Below are positions 35,561 to 49,920 of a DNA stretch of 64,000 nucleotides, in pieces; positions within the stretch are counted from its first letter, which is position 1, and each line of letters starts with the position of its first letter. The translations under genes and the position numbers were made by a program. Source of the stretch: Flaccisagitta enflata (lineage: Eukaryota); contig OZ231126.1 in assembly GCA_965153355.1 (NCBI GenBank), positions 10,912,001 through 10,976,000 of the forward strand. The letters run 5' to 3'. The notes under the pieces are model-generated. The model did not search any database. It was given only the letters and a program-made list of their open reading frames with translations, and had not been told where the DNA came from.

Positions 35561-36750
35561 CTTAGCATGATTCGGGAACATGCCTGAGATGCCCTGTGAG
35601 GGCTCAAAGTTGCCCTACTATCTTGGAATAAAAATCTTTCCTCACGTTTTAACAAATATCTCTGGTGTTATACAACCAATCTTAAAAAAAGTTGGAGACG
35701 GAATTTAAGCCCTTCAAATTTGCAAGTGAGCTATGCAAACCGCATCTTTCCTGGTATGTCATTGCTTAAAAGGGGCCCAAAATCTGGCCCCATATCTTGA
35801 TGCTAGATCTGGTTTTGAGCGATGACATATCACCATCTTTTTAACTTTAAGTCATTAAACTGTAAATGAAATCTTTCAATTTAGCTTTTGCCATTTCTAC
35901 ACAATCTTCTAACAAATCACTTCACTCTTTTTTAAATTACTACTAAATGAGCTGGGCTAGACAGATGCGGTTTGCGAAGACTGCTTGCAAATTCGAAGGG
36001 CTTCATTTATGTCACCTACTGTTCTATAATTTGTAGAGTCTGTTTAGAGCTTCAAGTCTAAACTTAGCAAAAGAAGAGATCAAGAAAATGGCGTTAATGG
36101 TCTGGAGCGCCATAACTCCAGAGTACCTCAAGAAGCTCTACGAATTGCTTTCTGGATGAATGACAGTTGTGATTCAATCAAAAGGGACTCACACTATATA
36201 TTTTACTATATATTTTAAATTATTATGCACTCATGTTTATATCAATAAATGAACTTATTTTCAAAAAGGAAAGATTTTTTTTCCAAGATAGTATCAAGCC
36301 ATAACTCTGGTTACTCAGGCTCTTATTCAGCCTTTGAATTTGCAAATTTACCCTCAAATCAGTCCCTAATATACCTGATATTTGCGCTCTAAGCAATCAA
36401 AACAGCCCTTAGATGTTCCCTCGTCTAGCCGGCTGGATATACAACCCTGTGTTTTACAGGTCATCGGTCCTAAGAGGCTGATGCTGCTCCACTTCTTCAG
36501 CTAATGTGTTTTGTTTTGTGGCTTAAGTTTATACTCGTGCCATGGGATGGGATGGGATGTGGGTGGGTTTGAACTTAGGATTAGGTGTGGTGTTAGAGAA
36601 GGAGTTGGGCTTAGAGGTGGTGTAGTGTAATGGATTAAGTTAAGAGTATGGCAGAGTGAAGGATTAAGTTACGGCAGAGTTGGGCTTCCGGTTGTGGTTT
36701 TGATTTCGTGCCCTCCCCCCCCCCCAAAAAAAAAGTCAGGAGTGTATATA

Positions 36751-37314
36751 CAGTATGTTTCATCTCGACTGTAACATTTCATGACGGTGTAGCTCCAAAA
36801 GTAATAAAGATAATTCAATTCTGTAAAAAACATCTGGAAGATAATACTTTAGCATTTTGTTATCAATAATTCCTAGGACTTTTTTAAGAAATATCAGCCT
36901 TTAAAAACATTATGAGCTGGAAAATATGCTATGCAAAAAAAGGATATTTTACTATTTTGCCAGTTATACTGTCTTTCCTTAAATTGCTCTTATTTTCAAA
37001 CAGTTTTAGCTACTGATGCCAGATTGGTCTTAAATGAGAGAAATTTTTTTGTAGTTTGTAAATAATGAAAAAGAAAAGAAGCCTATTGATATATACCTCA
37101 GAAATATAAAGAATAAAATAACATTTTTTGCATTTTGTGCGATCTAGCTAGCTATGTGATAAAAGCGTCCAATTTTTGTCAAAAAAACCTAAGAATTGAT
37201 GAACATTAAATGCTAAAGTATTATCTTTCAGATATTTTTTACAGAATTGAATTATCTTTAATACTTTTGGAGCTACATTGTCATGAAATGTTACAGTCGA
37301 GATGAAACATACTG
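36751..37314. mobile_element. Tc1/mariner-type MITE
   Basis: TA-flanked; >100-bp TIRs beginning CAGTATGTTTCATCTCGACTGTAAC. Confidence 0.85.
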
Positions 37315-38192
37315 TAATTGAGTGGCTTTTGATATTCCCCCCCCCCCCTGCCTTTGATTTTCTTTCCCGCGCTGCATCACGTCGCGTTACGAAATCTATG
37401 ATTTTCTTCCCGATAAAGCAATAAAACAGTGTATGTAAGGTTTAAATAGTGTTAAATTGTGTTTTACTAATCAAGTTTCATGACATGGTACTGCCAAAAG
37501 TTATATTTTCCCCAAATTTTCTATTTTTTATTTTTTCCCCCTTCCTTTCCCTTCCCCATCTCCAAGCCCTTTGATTCCCCCCCCCCCCCCCCCCGCCGGG
37601 GCGGGGGGGAACTCAATTATATACAGGCCTGGTTAAAAACACACACGAAAGAACAATTCGTTAAAATCGTGTTAGGCCACAATTATCGCCATAAAATTCG
37701 ATATCTCATCACGTGCTTGAATCTGCGAATGATCGTGCTTCATGCAAACAGGACCGTGGAAAAACAAGGCCAACACCTATGAGTTGCGTGCAAGACATAA
37801 ATAACTTAAGATGACTTTTGTTGACTCAAAATGACTTAAAATGACTCAAGACAACTTTAAATGACTTGAAAAGACCTTAAATGACTGAAATGACTACTTT
37901 TACCTATTTGACTTAAGTGACTTAAAATAACTTAGAATGACTTAGAATGACTTAGAATAATTTAAAATGACTTAGAATGACTAGAAATAACTTAAAGTAT
38001 AATAAAAAAGTAAAGTGTGATGGACGGACGGACCGATGGACCGACGGACGGATGGACGGACGGACCGACGGACCGACGAACCGACAAAGCGGGTTGTAGA
38101 GTCGCGTGCACGCAACTAAAAACTCGTTAAATGTGTAAATTAGTGAGAAAAGATTCGCAGAGAATTCGAGAATGCGCAACCTGTTTCAACGG

Positions 38193-38269
<77 letters not shown>

Positions 38270-38490
38270 GCGTTTGTTTTTCTGTCTTTCCCTGTCTGTT
38301 CGCCTGTCTGTCTGTCTGTCTGTCTGTCTGTCTTTGTTTCTCTGTCTCTGTCCCACTGTCTGTATGTCCGCCTTAGTCTCATTGTCTGTCTCTGTCCGTT
38401 TGTCCGTTTGTCTGTATGTCTTTCTGTCTTTCACGTTCAGTTTGTTTGTCTATCTAGATGTCTTTCGTTGTCAGTTACTGTCTTCATCTT

Positions 38491-38580
<90 letters not shown>

Positions 38581-38582
38581 TC

Positions 38583-38673
<91 letters not shown>

Positions 38674-39465
38674 CTCTCATTCATGCCTGGTTCAGGGCCG
38701 GTATGGGTTGGGCAATAGCTCATCGTGTTTTTGCTCGGTGATGTGGGGGTCATTAAAACAATCCGGGGGAAATTGTGAGAGAAATTTTCACTTTGATCCG
38801 TATCTAAAAATAAAGAATGAAAGGAAATGGATTATATTTGATTTTTGCAAAAAAAAAATGGTAAATGTGCGAGGTTTTGAAAAGGTTGTTCATCTAGAAT
38901 CTTTTACTGTTTAGTGTTTCATTTAAGCAATTTATTATCTTGCCTTGGCCTTGAGATGCACTTTTCGAAATTCGACAGAGGTAAAATCAATTTAAAAATA
39001 TTTAAAAAGACGTACACGCAGTCATGTTGTGACTTAGCAACATGCACATGCACATGCGCATTCGGTATTCAGGGTTGTAAGCTTGAGCTTCAATATGAAT
39101 CGTGTATTCTTCAGATAGTCGATGATTATTTCTGAATGAGCGACTGTGCTTGCAGCTTCATGCTTGCAGCTTCATGCTTGCAGCTTCTTGCTTTCTCCCA
39201 TCCACACGGGATGGTGAAACCATGTCAGAGAGTTTACTGCAATTTGCAATATACAATTTGTAACTTCGCTCACAAAATTGCCTACGAAATATTGCAAGCA
39301 TGAATAAAAACTCGTGCCGCTAGGAGAGGCATAAATGAAGTCTTACCCTGCATATATGAAAATGTTTTGAATTTTTTTTGTTTTTTTTTTAATTATTTTC
39401 TATTAAGTTAAAAGTAAAAAGATTTTAGATGAATTCCCCTGGAAGAGAATAATTTCCTTCATCTA

Positions 39466-40229
39466 CACCGTCTTTAAATCGAATTGAGTTATGTTAAACC
39501 TTTATAAATGCTAAACTACTTGACAAAAAGTCTTCAAATTTTCAAAGAATGTTGGCAACATACTACGGTTTTGTTATACAAAACCTCAAATTAGAGTATT
39601 AGATAGTTGAGGATTGGCAAAACATCAAATAAAATTCACTTTTGAAGCAGCGACAATTCTTCCATATTTTCTTCCGCGAAGAAGCTTTCTTTATTTGCAC
39701 GCTATTTCTAAAGAAAAAAAGCTATAGCCCCGGGGAAGGTCTCAAATGGCAGACAACATATCATAGATTTTAATTCTGTCAAAAAAAATTAGAAAATTTG
39801 GATATTTCAAGAGGTTACGATTGATTTGAAAAAAAAATTCTGCTGTCATGCAGACTTCAAATTCTGGAAAATTGATCAAAATCTTCATTAATGTAAAAAA
39901 TGGTCAAAAATTTTGCCAAAACTAACAAATATGATCTTTTTTTTTTTATTGGAGACCAGTCTCAGGGTTCCAGCTCAATGTATTTTGAAATGGGAAATTC
40001 ATAATAACAACTTCTTTCAAAAAACCCGATGAAATAAGTGATTTTGCCCATAAAAATCCACTTTTTTCAATGATTTGCTGATCCTCACCTTTCTATGACC
40101 AAAAATTGAAGTTTTGCTTAACAAAACCGTAGTATATTACCAACATTCTCTGAAAATTTGAAGATTTTTTGCCAAGTAGTTTAGGATTTATAAAGGTTTA
40201 ACATAACTCAATTCGATTTAAAGACGGTG
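39466..40229. mobile_element. Tc1/mariner-type MITE (related to 16772-17521)
   Basis: TA-flanked; TIRs CACCGTCTTTAAATCGAATTGAG / CTCAATTCGATTTAAAGACGGTG. Confidence 0.82.
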
Positions 40230-40329
40230 TATCTTACATCACTCGTTGATGTTTAAGATAACTGTTTTTTTATCATTCAATAACAGAAAATGTTTTAATA
40301 GAAAATCAGACCAGCGAAAGGTGGCGAAA

Positions 40330-40905
40330 TCTGAGTTAAAAAAATTCCTCGATGGTTGTGACATGTATAATTAAATACAATTCATTGTTGAGAATTGATG
40401 TTGACCTTTAAAAAAAAATTTCCCTTTAAATTTTTTTGTAAAATTCATTAAAAATTATCAATTTTCCCCTAAAATTTCATATAAATCTGAAGGATATATC
40501 TATTCTAAAACTCTGATTCAAGATTCATATTCCTGGTAAAATTTCCAATCATTTGATAGGTCACACTATATAGTTTCATGAAAAAATAAGATTTTCATGT
40601 TTTATGCCACCGTTACTTTATTTGTAATGGTGGTATAGAAATTGAAAATTTTGTTTATTGATAAGATTATATAGTGCGACCTATCAAATGATTGAATATT
40701 TTATCAGGAAAATTAATCTTGAATCAGAAATTCAAAACACATAAATCTTAAAGTTTTATATCAAATATTTGAAAAATTTAAAACGTTTTAGTCATTTTTG
40801 CAAAAATTTTCGAAGGAATTTTTTTTAAAGGGTCAACATTTATTCTCCACTAAAAATTGTACCAGCTTACACCAGTCACTACCAATGAGGATTTTTTTGA
40901 ACTCA
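40330..40905. mobile_element. Degenerate palindromic MITE
   Basis: Imperfect inverted symmetry, e.g. GTTGACCTTTAAAAAAA vs TTTTTTTAAAGGGTCAAC, and AATCATTTGATAGGTC vs GACCTATCAAATGATT. Ends not resolved. Confidence 0.55.
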
Positions 40906-41538
40906 TATCCAATTAAGGCCCACTGCACTAAGATTTGAGAAAACAGAGTGTCCGGCAATTCATTGTTTTTATAGAAAAAAATTATGAAACCCACCAATAA
41001 CCTCGTTAGGCATACCCGATTTACCGAGGGTAATTATGTGTCACCAGGCCTTAAAGTCTTTGGAGAAAAAAATTAAGTTCAAATTTTCGATATTTCCTTC
41101 CTCCAGTTTTACCCATCATGCGAACACGCTTTACGACACCTCATAGTGGATTACCCCTTACTTTTTGTGCTTTTTCTTATGAGCCGTCGTTTGCTTTTGA
41201 GTCACGTCAAGAACTTGAAGTTTCCAAAAATGTCACTATGCACACCAGAGCCTGCGCCGGCCCCCCACGCGCCATTGTTCGATGATGACCTCTTAATATC
41301 CACTCCATAATTATCGGACACTTTTGTACGGCAGGTTACGGCGCATCAAGTGAAAAATTGTTTTTGAATTTTATTTTCTCACAGCTCGACGAAGCAGTTA
41401 TCGCGGAATTATTCGAACTTTTTATCTAGGCTTGTGTAAATACCGATTCCTTTGCTAGGTTTCTATTTCGTTAGATTAGGGGGATATTCAAATGAGCGTC
41501 TGCCATTCTTTCTGTCTGCTTTATAAGAAAACTATCTT

Positions 41539-41593
<55 letters not shown>

Positions 41594-42379
41594 GAGATGA
41601 AGACTTTCCGATTAATTTGATAAAAGCGATAAAACAACGATATAAAGAACATATTATAAACATATGAAATGTGTAAAAAACAAACAGGAATCAAATAGAT
41701 AAATGGACGCACAAAGGAATAAACAAACAATTGAATAGGCTAACGGGTAAACAAATGAACTAACATTCGAACTAATGAATAATCAAACGGAAAAAATAAG
41801 TAGTCGCTTGCAGGTGGGCAGGAGCAGTATGTGGGTGGGTGCATGAAAGATTTTCCTACGTAGAGTCAGTTAGCTAGCGACTAGAAAAGCGAAGGATTAA
41901 AAAGCAAAAACCCATTGAACGGACAGATAATTTAAGATACAAAGAACAAAGCTGTTTTTGTCGCTTGCTTAGCGACTCTATGAGACGTCCGTTTCCCGTG
42001 GCTGGTTCTCGCGTAATGTCCGTTTGATCGTTTTCAGTCGCACACACGCGACCCTGTCCGTCCGTCGGTCTGTCCATTGGTAGAGGGGGTTCTCGGCGGC
42101 GGAGGGGGATGAAACTCGGTAGAACATGTCAGGAGGTGTTCATATTTTGAAGGCGCGGGGCGCGCCGCGGCTCGGAAGATCAGGAAGCTTGTTGGAAGGA
42201 AAGGAAAGACAAGGAGGGAAAAGGGATAAGGAAAGAAACAAGGCCGGATACACGGCCAATACCAGTCACGGACGGGTGGGCAGGGGCGGAAATACGCATT
42301 TTTCAACTTTTCGACTCATGCTCACCAACGGACCGACAAACCAACGGACGGACAAAGCCTCTTATAGAGAATTAATCCG

Positions 42380-43570
42380 GACTTACACCAGACATAAACC
42401 AGACCTAAATCTGACCTAAACCAGACCTTAGCCAAAACTAAACCAGACCTTAACCAGACTTCAACCAGACATAAATCAGACATAAACCAGACTTAAACCA
42501 CACTTAAATGAGACTCTAACCAAACCTTAACAAAACTTAAACCAGACTAAAACCAGACTTAAACCAGACTTAAACCAGACTTAAACCAGACTTTAACCAA
42601 ACTTAAACCAGACTTGAACCAGACTTGAACCAGACTCAAACCAGACTTTAGCCAGACTTTAGCCAGACTTGAACCATTTTAAACCAGACCTAAACCAGAC
42701 CTAATCCAGAATCAATCCAGATGTAAACCAAACGTAAACCAGACTTAAATCTGACCTAAACCAGACCTGAACCAGACCTAAACCAGACTTAAACAGACTT
42801 AAACCAGACTTAAACCAGACTTACTCCAGACTTACTCCAGACTTACTCCAGACTTACTCCAGACTTACTCCAGACTTAATCCAGACTTACTCCAGACTTA
42901 CTCCAGACTTAATCCAGACTTAATCCAGACTTAATCCAGACTTAATCCAGACTTAAACCAGACTTAAACCAGACTTAAACCAGACTTAAACCAGATTTAA
43001 ACCAGACTTTAACAAAACTTAAACCAAACTTAAACCAGACTTTAACAAAACTTAAACCAAACTTAAACCAAACTTAAACCAGACTTAAGCCAGGCATAAA
43101 CCAGACTTAAACCAGACTTAAACCAAACTTAAACCAAACTTAAACCAGACATAAACCAGACATTACCCAGACTTAAACCAGACCTTAAGAAAAAAGAAAT
43201 GACTAAAAGTGGCTCAAAATGACTAAGAATGACTTAAAATGACTTGAGATGACTTGAGATGACTAAAAATGACTCGAGATGACTTAAAATGATGCAAATT
43301 GACAAAAATTACAAAAGCCAAAAAATGACTTAGAGTGACTTAGAATGACTAATAATGACTTATCTTGACTTATAATGACTTAAAATGACTTAAAATGACT
43401 TAGCATGACTTAGCATGACTTAAAATGACTTATAATAACTTAAAATGACAAAAATAACAAAAAATGACAAAATGACTTAGATGACTGAAATGACTCAAGA
43501 TGACTGGAAATGACATAAAATGACTTAAAATGACTTAAAATAACCTAATATGACATCAAATGACGCAAAA
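42380..43570 (+). repeat. Adjacent minisatellites: 11-bp (AAACCAGACTT)n then 10-bp (AATGACTTAA)n
   Basis: Read directly from the sequence. The 10-bp unit also occurs at ~14660-14880 and 37800-37995. Confidence 0.9.
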
Positions 43571-45169
43571 CGACAAAAAAAAGCTAAATGTTACCGACCC
43601 ACGGACAGACCGACCGACCGACGAAGCGGGTCATAGAGTCGCGTGCACGCGACTAAAAATGTTACCAGCGGACCTACCGACCGACACGGCAAGGTGCAGA
43701 GTCGCGTGTCCGCGACTAAAAAGAGGAAGAAAAATACAAGGACAAGTAGGCCAATATGGTGCGCCGTGTGGATCGTCGAACGAATGCTTTACCGACGGAC
43801 AGACCGACCAACGGACACAGCCAGTTATAGAGGTGCTTTGGCGCACCTAAAAAATAAGGCCAAATACACTAACAAGGCCGGATACACGGCTACCCAAGTC
43901 GCGTGTAGGTGGGCACGGGCAGTGATGAAATAGACCAGTTAGGCAGTTGGGCAGGAGCTGTAACCCCAAAACCGCCCATAAACGCCAAAAAAGCACAATT
44001 TAACACTATTTAAACCTTAACTACATAGTTTTTTTGCTATATGGGGAAGAAAATCATGGATATAACAAGGTCGGATACACGGCCATCAGTTGCGGACGGA
44101 TGGGCAGGGGCGGAAATGCGCGTTTTCCCACTTTTCGACTCGATGGTTACGGACGGACCAACGGACCAACGGACCGACGGACCAACGGACGGACGGACAA
44201 AGCCTCTTATAGAGTTGCGTGTCCGCAACTAAAAACGCAATGCGACGCGTCGCGGGGAAGAAAATCAAAGGCAGGGGGGAAAAAAATCAAAAGCAACTCA
44301 AGAATATACACCCCTGAAGCAAAGTGTTACCGACAGACAGACGGACAGTGGGTTGTAGAGTCGTGTGCACGCGACTAAAAAATCTCAGGATTATGTCAAA
44401 ATTTTGGTATTTTACCCTCCATCCCATACCAGACCAATTTGACCCCAGGAATCCGAATCTGCAGTCAAAAATGGTCTCAGGTCAATATTTCAATAGGCTA
44501 CCGCTACATTTCTCAGGTCAAAATACTGTATAAGGTCAAATTTTCAAAATTGAAAATTTGTCAATCTGATTGCAGATTCAAAATCCTTGGAAAAAACTAT
44601 CAAAAGAAAGTGTCTTTCGTTTTTTTGAAATTTTGAGTAGGACATAGTCAAAATTTTGACATAATCCTGAGATTTTTTACCGAATACACGGCCAATAAGT
44701 AGTCGCTTGCAGGTGGGTAGGAGCAGTAATGAGGGTGGGCAACGGCAGTATGTGGGTAGACGGGGCTGTATTTTAGGCTGGGCAGGGGCCGTAATGCTCA
44801 TAAATCACCATTTCAGCCGATTTCGCGTCATTCTGATTTACGCGTCACGGATCTTCCTAGCTTCCTACCAAGAGACACACCCTCTTATAAAGTCGCTTAG
44901 CAAGCAACTAAAAAGGGGGAAAGAAAAATAGAAGAAAACGAAAACAAAGGAAAACAAATTTGTGAATGACTGACAGACTGACGGACACAGCATATTCCAG
45001 AGTAGCGTTTCCGTGACTAAAAAAAAACATAGAGGAAGAGGAAGTAGTAAATGCGTGTTTATGCACTTAACGGACTGACCAACATAGCTGTTCATTGAGT
45101 TGCATAGCACGAAACTAAAAAATGTGTCGGACGGACTTGCGGATGGACCGACATGGCAAGGGGTAGACT

Positions 45170-45890
45170 GTAGACCACACTCGATGGTCCACACTCGACC
45201 AGCCACACTCGACTGACCACACTTGACAGATCACACTTGACAGACCACACTCGACAGACCACACTCGACGGACCACACTCGACGGACCACACTTGACGGA
45301 CCACACTTGACGGACCACACTCGACCTACCTCACTCGACCAACCACACTTGACCGACCACACTCGACTGACCACACTCGACTGACCACACTCAACAGACC
45401 ACACTCGACAAACCACACCTGACCGACCACACTCGACCGACCACACTTGACCGACCACACCTGAACAACCACACTTGACTGACCACACTTGACCGACCAC
45501 ACTAGACCAACCACACTTGACCAACCGCACTTGACAGACCACACTTGACCGACCACACTTGACCAACCACACTTGACCGACTACACTTGACCGACCAGAC
45601 TCGACCAACCACACTCGACCAACCACACTCGACGGACTACACTACCAACCAAACTCAACAAACCTCACTCAACCAAGCACACTCGACCAAACTCACTTGA
45701 CTGACCACACTCAAAAAACTTCACTCAACCGACTACAAACTGACTACGCTCGACCAACCACACTCAGACTACTCTTTACAATCTACACTTGAATGACCAC
45801 ACTCAATAGACTACACTCGTCCAATTCTTGACCAACTACACTGGACTTACTACACTAAACCAACTTCACTCAACCAACTACACTCAATCA
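45170..45890 (+). repeat. 13-14-bp minisatellite (GACCACACTYGAC)n
   Basis: Read directly from the sequence; explains the VWSVECG ORFs. Confidence 0.9.
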
Positions 45891-46691
45891 ATTTGGTAAA
45901 GTTATCCATTTTTGAAAATTTTGGACGACGACACCCACCCGCCAAGAATTAAAGTCCGCGTCGGAATGATGTTCTGTCATGGACAGAAATCATCACTCTA
46001 CCACACAACCAAGAAATGAATGAATGAACGAACGAATGAATGAATGAATGAACAAGTTGTCTCATATTTTGCTGGGGGGAGGGGGGGGGGCTGACGACTC
46101 CAATTTCCCGACATGTGACAACATCCAAATTCTTTTTGGTGCATTTTCCCATAAAATGGTGCATAAATCTCTCGAACAAAAGGGCTCCGACGATGTTTAG
46201 TCTTTTAGTTTAAATTCCAAGCACACATGCTTTGGTATCATGCCGTGTGCGTGTTAACATTATACTTCATTTTTCAACGTTTTCGCATCACCCAAAGGTT
46301 TGATTGAACTATTTAATGTCTGCCCTCCCGCACATAACTGGGGTCGCTGTGTATCTGGCCTTACTTTTGCCTTAGGAAGGAATGAGCAAAAACACAAAAA
46401 TAAGGCCGGATACACGGCAATCCAGTCGCGGATGGTTGGGCAGGAGCAGTAATGCGAAAATCGCTCGCAATTCAAAAATGTGATGGACGGACTTGCGGAC
46501 GGACCAACATGGCAAGGGGTAGACTGTAGAGTCGCGTGTCCGTGGCTAAAAACTATGTTTACGTGCGGGTGAGCGAGAGGCAGCCGTCGCGGTCCTTAGG
46601 CAGGGGCAGAAAAGCAAAAAAAAAAAATCATAAGCCCAAAAAGACCGCTAAAGCCCAAAAAGACCGTTAACGACTGACAGAGAGACTGTCC

Positions 46692-46778
<87 letters not shown>

Positions 46779-47524
46779 ATCACTGCCGATTTGGTTATAA
46801 AACGTGTTCGCATGTTCGCTCAATTAGAATGAGCCTAAGAAAGTGATTGATAGAAAACTAGCGTTTTCAACTAGGCCGAATCCTTCAACTTAGAGATTTT
46901 TTTCTGGAAACGCGCGCTGACCAAAAATTGCAGTATGTGAAATTTGGAAAACAGCAACGGAAAAATTTTTTTGACACTACCAGTCGTCTGGGCATCCTAC
47001 CGAAGGTAAAACCTATACTCAATCTGGGTCCGACCCCAATCTTGTAGCTTCGTGCACTGTGGGGCTGTAACATGGCGGGGAAAGTCATCGCTAAACATCG
47101 CGTTACCATCCGACGGACCTCCCTTCGGACCCACACCCTCTTTTACCGTCGTTTAGCCAGAGACAAAAAACTGACGATATGTGTTTTACATTGACACACT
47201 CGCCAAGGTCCCACACCCACTCAGATCATACACACAAATTAAGAAGACAAACGTGTTAATCTGCTGTGTGAAGGGTAGATCGATCGAGACCGGGGTTTGA
47301 AAAGAATCAATCAAAAAGTGGTTGAACTCACGTACGTAACTATGTAAAGGACAGAAAAGATATTCGAGAAGAATTGAAATCAAATTAAATCGGCGGCTTT
47401 CTAGGGGCTATTCACGTCTCATGGTCTTTTTTAAGTAACGTACAAGCGACTCAATAACGCGACTCAACAGCCGGCTATGTCTGTCGATCAGTCGGTCCAA
47501 CATTCACGGGCATTCACAGGCGGT

Positions 47525-47855
47525 TTTTAGATGCGTCCTCGCATCTCTATAAGAGGGTCTGTTCGTCCGTCCGTCCGTCCGTCCGCCCGTACTTCCGTCC
47601 GTCCGTCCGTCCGTCCGTCCTTCCGTCCGTCCGTCCGTCCGTCCGTCCGTCTGTCCGTCCGTCCGTTACCCCTCCTTGAAAATCGCAGTTTTTGGCACTT
47701 TTAAGCCGCGAGGATGTCATGTATCAAGTAATTAGAATATTTTGAGAGCCTCATTCGATACTAAGTCTTTATCTGTCTGTCCGTCCAAGTCTAGCGCCAA
47801 AGTCAATACACGTAGAGACACAGTCAGGACGCATCGTTGCCTGATCGGGCATGTT
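47525..47855 (+). mobile_element. HINE-like repeat family C
   Basis: TTTTTAGATGCGTCCTCGCATCTCTATAAGAG hairpin + (CCGT)n + GGACGCATCGTT tail. Related copies at ~25790-26065 and 32890-33010 on -. Confidence 0.6.
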
Positions 47856-48234
47856 ACATTACGGCTACTACCCAAATAATTGATTGACCTATTTTAACAT
47901 TGCCCTGCCCACCCTCACGCGACGTGGGTAACCATGTATCCGGCCTATTTTAAAAAGGTGTGAAAAAAGTACAAAATCTCAGCCATATTTTCACTGCGTC
48001 TAATTGTAATAACTTACCTAAAATAAAACAGAAGGAAAAGAAAAAAAAAACAGGTCCTGCTTAGAAATATACCAGTTAATGTGACAGCGATCATTGACAG
48101 CATTACTAGTTGTGGTAAGTGATAACTCATAAACGCAAAAATCCTGACATAAAATTTGTCAACTTCTTCATACTTGTCGTAAACCCTTTGATGTTGATAG
48201 GGTAAGTGATCATCATGTCAACTTTATACCAATC

Positions 48235-48328
<94 letters not shown>

Positions 48329-48412
48329 AGAGAGAGAGAGAGAGACAGACAGATAGAGACAGTAGACAAAGAGGCGAGCGGAAAGATAGACCATGGGACA
48401 GAGGAACGCATA

Positions 48413-49006
48413 ACAGGGTGTGCAAAATTATCCGGACATGGCAGTTATTTTTGTCACAAATGCTGTTTAAACAATGATTTTTGAAAGCATGAAGGGTAGA
48501 TATGAAAAAGTATTCTTTTTAGCATTCACAACTAAATTTCTCAAAGAGAAAGAAAGCAGAAATAAAGCTTTTCAGGTAAGTTTAACTCAGATAAAACACA
48601 CCTTAAAAATATTCATTAAAAAAAGCTGAAATTCTGTTATTAGTTTTTCTTGCCCTTTAAGCCTAGTTTATTTGCTTTCATGTGCTCAATTGATATTGAT
48701 TTAACTTACCTTCCTAAGCAGAATGTGTGTCAAGCTAAAAAAGTTACTATGGAGTAGTTACAAATATAAGAATCTATGATTTTGTAACCTTTTTTTCCCA
48801 TGAAATAAAATCCTGTGAAAATCTAAATCTTTGCTTCAAATCATTTAACTCCTACAGTGACAAGGGATTTAGAAAAGACCTGCAATCAATTCTTGCTTCT
48901 GATATGACTCGCTGGGGTACTCTGGCTCAAATTTCATGGTCCTGGATCACTTCCAAGTATGGTTTTCTCTCTATGAAGCAAGTCCGGATAATTTTGCACA
49001 CCCTGT
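48413..49006. mobile_element. Tc1/mariner-type MITE
   Basis: TIRs ACAGGGTGTGCAAAATTATCCGGAC / GTCCGGATAATTTTGCACACCCTGT, flanked by TA. Confidence 0.8.
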
Positions 49007-49719
49007 TAGAACGAAATAATAATTTAAAGATGGCAATAAGAAGAGATAATGAGCGGGGAAAATCAATTAAATCCGATGTTACAGCAGATGTACACATTTA
49101 CTGGGTCATTACGTTTGATTGTCAGGCTCTAATCAGTTTCATCATCATCACGTTAATTTTCTCTTTTACCTGCTCCTTTCCTCGTTTCTTCCGTTTCTTT
49201 CCTTTTGTGCCTCCTCTTCCTCTCTTTCCTTTTCCTCTTCCTCCTTTTTCTCGTCTTCCGCTCCTTTTCCTCCTCCGTTTTCTTCCTCTCCGTCATCATT
49301 GTTTTGTCCTTAACGTTTGCTAGTCTCTGTGAAATTAACTCTGTGAAACTCATCATCACTTTTGTTGTCCGTTTTTTAGGTGCGCCATAGCACCTCTATA
49401 ACTAGCTCTGTCTGTCGGTCAGTCGGTCGGTCGGTCGGTTGGTTGGTCGGTTGGTCGGTCACGCTCGAGTTGAAAATCTCAAAAAGAAGCAAAAATCACT
49501 GGAAATGATTCAGAAATATGCTAGGATGATCCCCAGGTGCGCCATAGCACCTCTATAAGAGGCTCTGTCTGTTCGTCCATCCGTCGGTCACGCTCGAATG
49601 AAAAATCGCTAAAAATGTTTGAAATCGATTGAAAACTAATATTGTTCATCATTGATGATACTCGTCATTTCATTCTCAAAAATAATCAGCTACAGTTAGG
49701 TCTGATGGAGCTGGGGAAA

Positions 49720-49920
49720 GGTCAGAGACTCAGATAGGTCTGGTGATAGGTCGGATAGGTGTGGGGATAGGTCTGATAGAGCTCGGGATAAGTCTGATGG
49801 AGCTCGGAATAGGTCTGAAAGAGCTCGGGATAGGTCTGATGGAGCTTGGGATAGGCCTGATAGAGCTCGGGATAGGTCTGATAGAGCTAGGGATAGGTCT
49901 GATGGAGCTAGGGATAGATC
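49720..49920 (+). repeat. 21-bp minisatellite (GGATAGGTCTGATRGAGCTCG)n
   Basis: Read directly from the sequence. Confidence 0.85.

Noticed and set aside
42380-45890. Regular short repeats as a possible CRISPR array
   Set aside because: Head-to-tail minisatellites with no unique spacers and no cas genes, in a eukaryotic context.
46885-47136. 83-aa minus-strand ORF
   Set aside because: Non-ATG start, no recognisable domain and no convincing splice context.
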